A DNA stretch of 64,000 bases from Alphaproteobacteria bacterium. GTDB taxonomy: Bacteria > Pseudomonadota > Alphaproteobacteria > RF32 > CAG-239. The notes beneath the pieces are model-generated. The model was not told the origin of the DNA and did no database searches. It worked only from the letters and a program-made list of their open reading frames with translations. Of the stretch, positions 46,000 to 54,983 are shown one piece after another; positions within the stretch are counted from its first letter, which is position 1, and each line of letters starts with the position of its first letter. The position numbers and the translations under genes are program-made. Location: positions 28,290 to 92,289 of the forward strand of contig JAFTVD010000015.1 of the NCBI GenBank assembly GCA_017465945.1. The letters are read 5' to 3'.

Positions 46000-46321
46000 A
46001 TATTTTCTCCTATATTTAACTTAATACACGCCCTATTTTATATCTTCCTTAATTGATGTATAGCATAAAGTTTAATTAATTAACAATTTCCCTATCATAT
46101 TGATAAAAAATATTTTTATTAAAATCATCAAAACACTTTCCCACACACAAACAAAAATAACTCTTGATTTTTAATTTAAATGATATTATACACCTTCTTA
46201 TCAAAAAAATGAATTTATTGGCTGCATCACAAAAATTGCAGTCAAATTTTTTCAAACCTTTTAATTAAACACTACCCGCAATTTTTAATTTGCGGATAAC
46301 TTTATTTTTAGGAGAAGCAAA

Positions 46322-46795
46322 ATGGATAAATTTCCTCTAACCAAAAAAGGATTTTTAAGGTTGGAACAAGAACTAAAAGATCTTAAAGGCATTGAGCGAC
46401 CAAATGTAATAGCCGCTATTGCTGAGGCTCGTTCACATGGCGATTTATCAGAAAACGCAGAATATTCTGCTGCCAAAGAAAAACAAAGCTTTATCGAAGG
46501 ACGTATTCAAGAACTTGAAGCTGTAATCAGTCGTGCTCAAGTAATTGACCCAACAGAAATAAAAGGTAATGTTATTCGCTTTGGTGCAACCGTTGCAGTT
46601 GTTGATGTTGATACAGATAAAGAAAATTCATATCAAATCGTAGGCGATTATGAAGCAGATATTAATGAAAATAAAATTTCATTATCTTCACCACTTGCTA
46701 AAGCTTTAATTGGTAAAGAAGTTGGTGATGAAATTGAATACATTGCCCCAGGCGGTAAAAAAACTTTTGAAGTTTTAGAAGTATCATACATCTAA
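46322..46795 (+). CDS. greA: Transcription elongation factor GreA
   Basis: PLT..G...L..EL..L...ERP.V...I..AR..GDLSENAEY.AAKE.Q. 157 aa. Confidence 0.95.
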   Translation: MDKFPLTKKGFLRLEQELKDLKGIERPNVIAAIAEARSHGDLSENAEYSAAKEKQSFIEGRIQELEAVISRAQVIDPTEIKGNVIRFGATVAVVDVDTDKENSYQIVGDYEADINENKISLSSPLAKALIGKEVGDEIEYIAPGGKKTFEVLEVSYI

Positions 46796-46872
46796 AAATA
46801 AGCGCTTCTTAGTATTATATAAAAGGCCAGAATAATTTTCTGGCTTTTTATATTTACAAAGGAGATACATAT

Positions 46873-47619
46873 ATGAAATATCAACCCAACACTTCAAACT
46901 ATCATTATGATTATAAAAACAAATGCGATTGCTCTGAAGACGATAAATGTGGCTGTGACTTCCCCAACAATATGCCCCATAATTTTACCCAAGATTACAA
47001 TGAAAAAACAGCAATATACCCTAAAATTGCAATACTTGGAAAACAAGCTCCAAATTTTATAGCCCCAGCCATCTTAGGGGATAACACTATTGTTCAACAT
47101 TATAATCTCTATAAATATGTAAAAAATTATAATGCAATTTTATTTTTCTATCCTGAAGACTTCAGTTTTTCCTGTCCTTCAGAACTTTTAATGTTAAATC
47201 AAGAAATAAATGCTTTCACCAAAAGAGATACCAAAATCATAGCCATTTCAACAGATGAGCTAGGCTCACATATCGCATGGAAAAATATGCCCCCACAAAA
47301 AGACGGCATAAGTGATATAATATTTCCACTAATTGCAGATTTTACCAAATCAATATCAAAATCATATCAAGTTTTAACCACAAAAGAAACACCACTTCGT
47401 GCAACTTTTATACTAGATAAACAACAAATCATTCGTCACGTAAGCCTAAACGATAATGCAATATGGCGAAACCCAACAGAACTATTCCGCATAATAGATA
47501 TAATCAACAATTTCAAAAACAATTCAACAAACTGTCCCAAAAATTGGAAACAAAACTTTCCTTTTGAACGTCCAACAAGAAAATCTATCTACCAAACCTA
47601 TTCCCCTCCAATAGATTAA
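46873..47619 (+). CDS. Typical 2-Cys peroxiredoxin (AhpC/Prx1 family) with a Cys-rich N-terminal extension of about 55 aa
   Basis: FFYPEDFSFSCPSE (peroxidatic Cys), HIAW and NCPKNWK (resolving Cys). The extension contains CDC and CGC. Confidence 0.8.
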   Translation: MKYQPNTSNYHYDYKNKCDCSEDDKCGCDFPNNMPHNFTQDYNEKTAIYPKIAILGKQAPNFIAPAILGDNTIVQHYNLYKYVKNYNAILFFYPEDFSFSCPSELLMLNQEINAFTKRDTKIIAISTDELGSHIAWKNMPPQKDGISDIIFPLIADFTKSISKSYQVLTTKETPLRATFILDKQQIIRHVSLNDNAIWRNPTELFRIIDIINNFKNNSTNCPKNWKQNFPFERPTRKSIYQTYSPPID

Positions 47620-47664
47620 ACAAAAAAATCCCCTTTAAGCCTAAGCTCAAAGGGGATTTAATTT

Positions 47665-48864
47665 TTAGTAGCGATGGAGCGTATAATACTTCTTGTGAAG
47701 TTCAGGATTACACTTTTTCAAGATTTCCAATGCGTCCCAACACATTGAATGGAACGAGATATAGAAATCTATCAGCGCCGTTGAGTTTAAGCTCACCAAC
47801 GCAACCTCTGCTTGCCAACAAATACCATGTTCTGGCGAATAGCGAGAAAGCAACTCCTTAATTATTGTACTATTACCCCCCTCAATCAATGCAACCTGCG
47901 CATCATCGGTAAGCCAAAAGTTCTTAATGTACTTTCTTACCGCTTCAACAGATGCAAACTTAACAAAACTTACATCATCAAGCAAACGTAACTCTGTCAA
48001 ACAATCATCCAAGTTCTTCTTAGCCAAAACCTTAAACAACTTGGCTTCATTTTCACCTTCAAAGCGATAACCTCCAACACAATAAAGATTTTCAACATGA
48101 ATTTTAAACCATGACGCATCAAAATTGTGCTCAATCAAGTAGTCCTGTGCCTTCACACTCAAAGGAGTTGTTTTCAACAACAACTCAATAAACATACGAT
48201 TAAAAGATGAAAGCACCATAATCTGCTGTTCAGATGACAAACCAACCCCTGACACCTGATTCATCAGTTTCTTGTAATCACGAGCCTTTTTTGATTTGTT
48301 CTTAAAGGTTCTATAAAAATGATAAACAATCGCCTTAAAGGCAGAATAGTCTTCATTTTTAATAACCAACTCCTTAATTTTATCTGAGATAAAACGTCCC
48401 TTATTCACATAAGATGTAAACAAAGAAGAATTATCATGATTAAGAAGTTTTTCTACTTGCTCGTCATTCAACGCATGGCTATTAATATGGGCACGGATCA
48501 TCTCCGAATCACCATTTTCAAGCAAATAGTCAACATCAAAAAACTCATGCATTTTCATAAAGTCAAATGCCACAGGAAGAAGATTGCGTTCAATCACAAA
48601 CTTTTGAGTTTCCTCACGAAGTCCATAATAATTGATATATGTCAGACGAATATGTGGAGTTACTTTTTCCAACATCAAAATTTCTGCCTTTTCACTCAAA
48701 CGGAAACGATTAATGTAAGCTAAAATAACATCTTCAGAACTGTGCTCCAACAATACCAATTCTTCATGGCAATCGAGAGGTTTCTCTTTGCCTAACGACC
48801 CAAAATAAGCCTTAAGCTCTTCATCGGCCTTGCGCTCGATGAGTGTAATTAATTTCTTGCTCAT
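47665..48864 (-). CDS. Hypothetical alpha-helical repeat protein
   Basis: 399 aa with a recurrent L(S/T/N)xx(A/E)Qxx(L/M)(I/L/V) motif (LSEKAEILML, LNDEQVEKLL, LSSEQQIMVL, LSVKAQDYLI, LTDDAQVALI). I did not recognise a family. Confidence 0.55.
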   Translation of the reverse strand: MSKKLITLIERKADEELKAYFGSLGKEKPLDCHEELVLLEHSSEDVILAYINRFRLSEKAEILMLEKVTPHIRLTYINYYGLREETQKFVIERNLLPVAFDFMKMHEFFDVDYLLENGDSEMIRAHINSHALNDEQVEKLLNHDNSSLFTSYVNKGRFISDKIKELVIKNEDYSAFKAIVYHFYRTFKNKSKKARDYKKLMNQVSGVGLSSEQQIMVLSSFNRMFIELLLKTTPLSVKAQDYLIEHNFDASWFKIHVENLYCVGGYRFEGENEAKLFKVLAKKNLDDCLTELRLLDDVSFVKFASVEAVRKYIKNFWLTDDAQVALIEGGNSTIIKELLSRYSPEHGICWQAEVALVSLNSTALIDFYISFHSMCWDALEILKKCNPELHKKYYTLHRY

Positions 48865-48986
48865 AATAATACTATTTAATTAATTATTAAACATTATAAT
48901 ATTAAAGTAACTTTAATATAAGACCTTTTTTAAAAGAGTCAACCCATAAGATTTTTAAAAATTTGTCAAACAAATGGAGGAAACTA

Positions 48987-49247
48987 ATGAAAAAAATAAA
49001 TTTAGCTCTACTTATTTTTTGTACAATGCTATCTAATTGCACCAAAGAAGTATATCTTCAACAAGTTCCTTGCGAAGAAGAATGTCCTCCATGTGAAAAC
49101 TTTTGCGAAGAAACAGACGTAATGACAGAACGCCATGTTTTTCAAATTGAAGACGTAAAAAGACAAAAACCTAATTACAAATATGATGAAAAAGGCAACC
49201 TAATTCTTTGCAAACATACATGTAAACAAAAAAAGTTAAAAAACTAA
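48987..49247 (+). CDS. Small Cys-rich lipoprotein (hypothetical)
   Basis: The ATG at 48987 follows GGAGG. Lipobox MLSNC. The mature part contains 8 Cys (CEEECPPCENFCEE..CKHTC). Confidence 0.6.
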   Translation: MKKINLALLIFCTMLSNCTKEVYLQQVPCEEECPPCENFCEETDVMTERHVFQIEDVKRQKPNYKYDEKGNLILCKHTCKQKKLKN

Positions 49248-49256
49248 ATCAAAATT

Positions 49257-49285
49257 AAAAGCCCTCTAAAAAAAGGGCTTTTTTC
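49257..49285. terminator. Bidirectional rho-independent terminator between convergent genes
   Basis: AAAAGCCCT-CTAAAAAA-AGGGCTTTTTT. Confidence 0.75.
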
Positions 49286-49288
49286 ATA

Positions 49289-49606
49289 TTAATTTTTCAA
49301 CACTTCAATTCCTTCATATTCAGCTTCTATTATTCCTCCCACAACTACCGCCACATTATTATATCCCGCCTCTTCAAACTTCATCGCCACCTCAGATGCA
49401 AGCCCACCTGATGTACATAAAATATTTATAACCTTATCTCCTTTAGGATTATACTTTTTCATAAATTCATCTGGCTTTACATTTCCCGCCTTAATAACAA
49501 TATGAGGCAATGCCAAACGCTCTCTTTTATATTCTTCATCTCCTCTAACATCTAAAATAATTGAATCTTTATTTAAACTTTCTGGTCTAATAAATCTCAT
49601 CTCCAC
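49289..49606 (-). CDS. Single-domain rhodanese-like protein
   Basis: 105 aa with the active-site loop CTSGGLAS. Confidence 0.7.
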   Translation of the reverse strand: MEMRFIRPESLNKDSIILDVRGDEEYKRERLALPHIVIKAGNVKPDEFMKKYNPKGDKVINILCTSGGLASEVAMKFEEAGYNNVAVVVGGIIEAEYEGIEVLKN

Positions 49607-49670
49607 CTCCTATTGTTACCCAAAACAAATATTCATATCTTTTACAAAATAAACCTCAATTTTAGTTATA

Positions 49671-49700
49671 AAAAAAAGACCACAAATTCATGTGGCCTTT
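49671..49700 (-). terminator. Rho-independent terminator
   Basis: The minus strand reads GGCCACA-TGAATT-TGTGGTC followed by T8. Confidence 0.7.
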
Positions 49701-49726
49701 TTCATGTAGAGAAATTTATTACAAAA

Positions 49727-50503
49727 CTATATTTCTAAAATCTTATATTCAATTCCACTTTCATTGATATCTAAAACTTCAAAAATCACACCCTCAATAT
49801 CAATCTTCTTATCATACATTGGGAACTTATATGTTTTCTCTGTCTGAAGTGGTTGACCACCATTAGGTGATACATTAATATAATCAAATACCATCTGATA
49901 ATCTTCAATACCTTGATATCTAATTTCAAAACCACTCATAATCTCTTCTTCACCTGCTCTACTCTTTGTTTCGCTTAAAAACTTAACTCCATGAGGTTCC
50001 AATACAAATGATGTTTTTAATAAAGCTAATCTACCATTATAAATACGTCCAACTCTTGGATATATATTACCACGTCCATCAATTAATAACACATCACCAA
50101 GACGATTCGGCTCTAACAATCTATATGTTACACCATCAATTTCTGTCTCCCCCATAGCTCTATACATTTTTTCATCAGAAAATTCTACAGGAACAGTGTA
50201 AGAAACCATAGCACCTTTACCGGTAGGTCTTACAAACTCATCAGAATAAATAGTTTTCTGATAAATTTTAGAAGAAACAACAACCCCACCAGGAACAGCA
50301 TGGCGCATAGCACCTTTTTTATAATCTGAAACAGATATAGTTTCTGTTTCTAAATCTTCCAAAGCACCTTCTTCATAATAACGAATGTTATATGTATAAA
50401 AGAAATCATTAAAAGTATTGCGACGTCCCAAGGTATAATCACCTTTTAAATAAGAACAAGACGCAACCATCATCAAAGCTATAGCAACAAATATTTTTTT
50501 CAT
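49727..50503 (-). CDS. Lipoprotein (hypothetical)
   Basis: The ATG at 50503 gives MKKIFVAIALMMVASC, with a lipobox. Confidence 0.6.
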   Translation of the reverse strand: MKKIFVAIALMMVASCSYLKGDYTLGRRNTFNDFFYTYNIRYYEEGALEDLETETISVSDYKKGAMRHAVPGGVVVSSKIYQKTIYSDEFVRPTGKGAMVSYTVPVEFSDEKMYRAMGETEIDGVTYRLLEPNRLGDVLLIDGRGNIYPRVGRIYNGRLALLKTSFVLEPHGVKFLSETKSRAGEEEIMSGFEIRYQGIEDYQMVFDYINVSPNGGQPLQTEKTYKFPMYDKKIDIEGVIFEVLDINESGIEYKILEI

Positions 50504-50592
50504 AATATAAACTCTTGTTAACGTTTTACTCACTATATTTATGCAACGATAAATAAAACTTGTAAACAAAAAAAAATTTTTAAGGATAACCT

Positions 50593-51462
50593 ATGCACAA
50601 CATTTCACATCCATGTAAATTAATAACATTCTCTCCCATTGAAGAATTAGGAGAAATAGAAACCCTTTTTTTAGAAGAAAACTTTGATGTTGTATCAATA
50701 AACTATACAGATGATGGAAAAGAACAATATGTTTGCTACACTCTAAATTCATTTGATACAAACAACTTCAAAAAACAAATAAAAGAAAAAAACTTAAACC
50801 TCCCTCCTTTTATTGAAGAAATTTTAGAAGATAAAAATTGGCTAACCGAAAACGTTATAAAATTCCCTCCATATGAAATTGGCGAATTTTTAATTTACGG
50901 AATTCATGAAACAACTTGTCCCAAAACGGATAAACTTCCCGTACAAGTATATGCAGCAACAGCCTTTGGCTCAGAACATCAAACAACAAAAATGTGCTTA
51001 ACCGCCATATCCGAATTAAAACATTTAATCACCCCCACAAAAATATTAGATATGGGTACAGGCTCTGGTATATTATCCATATCAGCCTCAAAACTTTGGG
51101 GACCAAATTTATCAATCATCTCAGCAGATATTGACCCTGAATCAGTTGATGTAACTCATTCTAATACCATAACCAATAACACCGATTCTTTTATCACATC
51201 AATTTTAAGCGATGGCTATAATAATCCACTAATAAAACAAACAGCCCCTTATGATATAATATTTGCTAACATCCTAGCAAACCCCTTAAAACAAATGGCA
51301 AAAGATGCATATAATTGTTTATCAAAGAACGGCTATTATTTAATTTCTGGTTTTATAGACAATCAAGAACAAGATATTATTAATCATCACACAACTCTAG
51401 GATTTAAGCTCATAAAAACCTATCAAATCGAAAATTGGAGAGCAGCACTTTTACAAAAATAG
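50593..51462 (+). CDS. prmA: Ribosomal protein L11 methyltransferase
   Basis: FG.G.H.TT..CL, the SAM motif DMGTGSGILSI, and ANIL. Confidence 0.8.
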   Translation: MHNISHPCKLITFSPIEELGEIETLFLEENFDVVSINYTDDGKEQYVCYTLNSFDTNNFKKQIKEKNLNLPPFIEEILEDKNWLTENVIKFPPYEIGEFLIYGIHETTCPKTDKLPVQVYAATAFGSEHQTTKMCLTAISELKHLITPTKILDMGTGSGILSISASKLWGPNLSIISADIDPESVDVTHSNTITNNTDSFITSILSDGYNNPLIKQTAPYDIIFANILANPLKQMAKDAYNCLSKNGYYLISGFIDNQEQDIINHHTTLGFKLIKTYQIENWRAALLQK

Positions 51463-51472
51463 GAGAACATAA

Positions 51473-53146
51473 ATGGATATTAATTCAATACAAAAAGACT
51501 TGAAAAAAAAGAATATAAATGCCTGCCTTTTTATGCATGGTAACTTATTTATTAATGAAGATATCCTAGAAGATGAAAACCAAATACTAAAACTAACAAA
51601 TTTTTCAGGCTCATACGCCATACTTCTTATCTTACAAACAAAATCTTATTTGTTTGTAGATGGTAGATATGAACTCCAAGCTAAAAATGAGGTAAATACC
51701 AAAAAAATAGAAATCATCAAACTCTCTAAAATAAGCCTAATAGATTGGCTAAAATCTAATTTCCCTAAAACATCTAGCATATTGTATAATCCATGGGAAA
51801 TAAGCCTATCACAATTAGCAAACCTACAAATAAATTTACCTTTAATTGATTTTATAGAAAATGTTAACAGCACTAAAAACCTTAGTCCAAACATTGCAAA
51901 AACATTTCAACATCACAAAAAATTCAACCTATTAAGTTCAAAAGAAAAACAACAAAAAGTCATAAAATACCTAAAGAAGAAAAAACTAACATCATACCTT
52001 ATAACCTCTCCATCAAATGTTTCATGGTTGTTAAATTTGCGTTCAAATGCCCTACCATATTCTCCAATATTTAGAGGCTATGCTTTACTAAATATAGATG
52101 GAAGTATGAAAGTATTTGCCGATAATACAGACCTAAAAATAGCCCTTCCAATAGATAGCTTAAAAAAAGAGCTAGCAAACATTAAAAAACTAGGACTTGA
52201 TTTCCAAACAACCCCATCAATAATAAAAAACTTCTCCGATTCTTTTATCAATGTCCCAGATATTATAGACAACCTAAAATCAATCAAAGATAAAACAGAA
52301 TTAAAAGGCATCATAGAAGCTCATATAAGAGATGGTGTAGCTGTAAGTAAGTTCATATATTGGTTAGAAAAAAACTACCATAATCAAACAGAATTAGACA
52401 TCAAAGATAAACTTTTATCATATCGCAAAAAAGAAAAGAACTTTTACTCTGAAAGCTTTGCCACTATTTCTGCCTATGGTCCAAATGGTGCAATAGTTCA
52501 CTATAATCCAACTAAAAAAACAAACTTAACCTTAAAAAAAGGCTCTTTATTATTACTTGATAGTGGCGGACAATATTATGACGGCACTACCGATATAACA
52601 CGCACCATTGCCATTGGCAAACCAACAGATGAAATGATAGACAAAGCAACCCTTGTTCTAAAATCTCACATAGCATTAGCCTCATCTTTGTTCCCAGAAA
52701 ACACCTCTGGTTCAGAGCTTGATTTACTTGCTCGTCAACCATTGTTAAAACACAATTTAGATTATCTTCATGGCACAGGACATGGGGTTGGTTATTTTTC
52801 AAATGTTCATGAAGGTCCCCACCGCATATCTATTCATGCCAAAAAATCTGCCTCCTTACAAAAAAATATGATAACCTCCATAGAACCAGGATATTATAAA
52901 GAAAATAGTTTTGGTATAAGAATAGAAAACCTTTATTATATCAAAGAAAAAAAGAACACATCATTATTATCATTTGAACCTTTAACCTTAGTTCCTATTG
53001 ATAAAACACTCATCAATAAATATCTCTTAACCAAAGACGAAGAAACGTGGGTAAATACATATCATAAACAAGTGTTTAACACCCTAAAAAAATACCTCAC
53101 CAAACAGGAATTAATATGGTTAAAAGAAAAAACATCTCCACTATAA
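51473..53146 (+). CDS. Aminopeptidase P family (M24B) protein
   Basis: 557 aa. DSGGQY.DGTTDITRT, HGTGHGVG, EPGYY and IRIEN are present. Confidence 0.8.
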   Translation: MDINSIQKDLKKKNINACLFMHGNLFINEDILEDENQILKLTNFSGSYAILLILQTKSYLFVDGRYELQAKNEVNTKKIEIIKLSKISLIDWLKSNFPKTSSILYNPWEISLSQLANLQINLPLIDFIENVNSTKNLSPNIAKTFQHHKKFNLLSSKEKQQKVIKYLKKKKLTSYLITSPSNVSWLLNLRSNALPYSPIFRGYALLNIDGSMKVFADNTDLKIALPIDSLKKELANIKKLGLDFQTTPSIIKNFSDSFINVPDIIDNLKSIKDKTELKGIIEAHIRDGVAVSKFIYWLEKNYHNQTELDIKDKLLSYRKKEKNFYSESFATISAYGPNGAIVHYNPTKKTNLTLKKGSLLLLDSGGQYYDGTTDITRTIAIGKPTDEMIDKATLVLKSHIALASSLFPENTSGSELDLLARQPLLKHNLDYLHGTGHGVGYFSNVHEGPHRISIHAKKSASLQKNMITSIEPGYYKENSFGIRIENLYYIKEKKNTSLLSFEPLTLVPIDKTLINKYLLTKDEETWVNTYHKQVFNTLKKYLTKQELIWLKEKTSPL

Positions 53147-53571
53147 AACACATCTTTTCTAAAATAACACCATTACTTTTAGCACTTTTTATTCTTATAA
53201 AAAGTGCTTTTTCTTCCTCTCTTTTAGAAAGCTTATACATAAACCCCATAAATCAAAAAAAGCCCGAAGCCATAATTTTTTATAACACGCTAAACCCTTG
53301 TCTAACATGCAATCAAACCATAAATCTCATTATAAATATATTGCGCTCAAATTATAAAGAAAGACTACACGCATATCTTATAAACCTAAAATATCACCCA
53401 GAATTTTACCCAGTTTTTAACCTAAAAGGTCCTCTAAATCTTGTTATAATACCTATCAACGATGGCGCATCATTTGGTTATAAAAAACTATCCAATCCCC
53501 AATCTGCAATCTATGACCCTATATCCTTTAAAAATCAAATTACAGAATTTATTGATAACAGTATATATTAA
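53116..53571 (+). CDS. Secreted hypothetical protein with a CxxC motif
   Basis: A signal-peptide-like N-terminus is followed by NPCLTCNQ. It overlaps the preceding gene by 31 nt. Confidence 0.5.
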   Translation: MVKRKNISTIKHIFSKITPLLLALFILIKSAFSSSLLESLYINPINQKKPEAIIFYNTLNPCLTCNQTINLIINILRSNYKERLHAYLINLKYHPEFYPVFNLKGPLNLVIIPINDGASFGYKKLSNPQSAIYDPISFKNQITEFIDNSIY

Positions 53572-53583
53572 TCATACAACTTC

Positions 53584-54969
53584 TTATCTATTAAACATTT
53601 TACCAACAAACGTTTTCGCAACATCAAAACCATTTTCTTCATAAACAATTTTACCTTTCCATCCATCTGGAACATTAATGCCTGATTTAGCCCTTTGTTC
53701 TCTATTTTTAAACTTAATTTTCTTTACATTACCCAAACTAGCCTCTTCAAGATGAACTTCATCACACATAGAAAAATCCAAATTTTGAGGTAATGCTTCG
53801 GCATTTTTCATATTAATAATAGACCCTTTCTTAAAAATCAAATTACATCTACTTAAATCACATCCAATAAAATCAACAACCTCACACATAGATACATCTA
53901 AATTTTCAGGTAAATTCTTTGCTTTAGACAAATCAACTAAAGAACCTTCTCTAAATTTAAGATTAATTCCTTCTAAATCACACCCATTTAAATTAATATT
54001 TTCACACATTGACACATCTAAATTTTTCGGCAAATTAGTTGCATTTCTTAAATCAACCCAAGCTCTTTCTTTAAATATAATACACTCAACAGAACTAAAG
54101 TCACTCTTATCTAATTCAACTTCATTGCACATTGATAAATCTAACGTTTTAGGTAAGTTACTAACTTCTCTTAAAAAAACATGAGCATCTTCTTTAAATA
54201 TAAGATTGATACCCTCTAAATCATTATTACTCAATTCAACAGTATCACACATGAATACATCTAACGTTTTAGGTAAATTGCTAACTCCTCTCAAATAAAC
54301 ATTAGCCCCTTCCCTAAAAATAAGACTAATCCCCTCTAAATCACAGCCATTTAAACTAATAGATTTACACATAGATACATCTAGATTTTCAGGTAAATTC
54401 TTCGCCTTACTCAAACAAACTTCAGCACCATCTTTAAATTTTAATATTGTACCTCCTAAGTCGCAAGATGCCATATGAACTTTTTTAACATTTGATAAAT
54501 CTATTCCCCCATTCAATGTATTGTTACAACTAAAATCTATTTCATCAACCCCTTCTTCAACATATATTCCATCATATGAACTAAAATCTACACCATTAAA
54601 AAAACCATAACTATCAATAACATAAATATTTATTCCATGTTTAGGTTGATATCCTACCCCGCCCGTTTTTTTTATAACATTATTTAATTCATCTTCAAAA
54701 CCGCACTCTTTAGCAATATTTAACGCAACATTTTTTTCTTCATCTCGTTGCAATCTTCTATCAAACATAGAAACTATAACATCTTTATACTCTTTCTTCT
54801 CTTCACTATCTAATTTATTAATTTTACCAAGCATTGCTTTTGTAACTTGAAAAGCATTAGTTAATGATAATATATTCTCACACATCTCAACACTTAACTT
54901 CTCTATCCTTAACTGATTAAGAAGTTTATACAAATTTTTCTCCTCACTTTTAATATTTATAAAAGACAT
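53584..54969 (-). CDS. Unrecognised-family protein (N-terminus MSFI..) with about 44-residue Cys-containing LRR-like repeats. Long paralogue of 13989..14864.
   Basis: 461 aa with about 7 units of NLP..LD.SMC....L...DL.G..L.F..(G/D)..V.L. Confidence 0.75.
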   Translation of the reverse strand: MSFINIKSEEKNLYKLLNQLRIEKLSVEMCENILSLTNAFQVTKAMLGKINKLDSEEKKEYKDVIVSMFDRRLQRDEEKNVALNIAKECGFEDELNNVIKKTGGVGYQPKHGINIYVIDSYGFFNGVDFSSYDGIYVEEGVDEIDFSCNNTLNGGIDLSNVKKVHMASCDLGGTILKFKDGAEVCLSKAKNLPENLDVSMCKSISLNGCDLEGISLIFREGANVYLRGVSNLPKTLDVFMCDTVELSNNDLEGINLIFKEDAHVFLREVSNLPKTLDLSMCNEVELDKSDFSSVECIIFKERAWVDLRNATNLPKNLDVSMCENINLNGCDLEGINLKFREGSLVDLSKAKNLPENLDVSMCEVVDFIGCDLSRCNLIFKKGSIINMKNAEALPQNLDFSMCDEVHLEEASLGNVKKIKFKNREQRAKSGINVPDGWKGKIVYEENGFDVAKTFVGKMFNR

Positions 54970-54983
54970 CTATTATCCCCCTT

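Noticed and set aside
46160-46173. A shared 14-mer, ACTCTTGATTTTTA, upstream of greA (46160) and of the asd-like gene (27429), each followed by ATTATAC. It could be a common promoter or operator.
   Set aside because: The distance from TTGATT to the ATTATAC box differs by 4 nt between the two sites. Neither gives a good 16-18-nt spacer to a consensus -10. In a ~30% GC genome such a match may be chance.
46276-46295. A terminator-like hairpin (CCGCAA-TTTTTAAT-TTGCGG followed by an interrupted T-run) in the greA leader, reminiscent of leader attenuation or GraL-type transcripts
   Set aside because: The stem is only 6 bp and AT-containing, and the U-run is separated from the stem by 5 nt. This is too weak to call without transcript data.
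47665-48864. Higher GC of the 399-aa orphan gene as evidence of horizontal transfer
   Set aside because: My hand count of single 100-nt samples gave 38% versus 31% for a neighbouring gene. That is within the range expected between conserved coding segments and acidic linkers, so it is not a robust anomaly without proper statistics.
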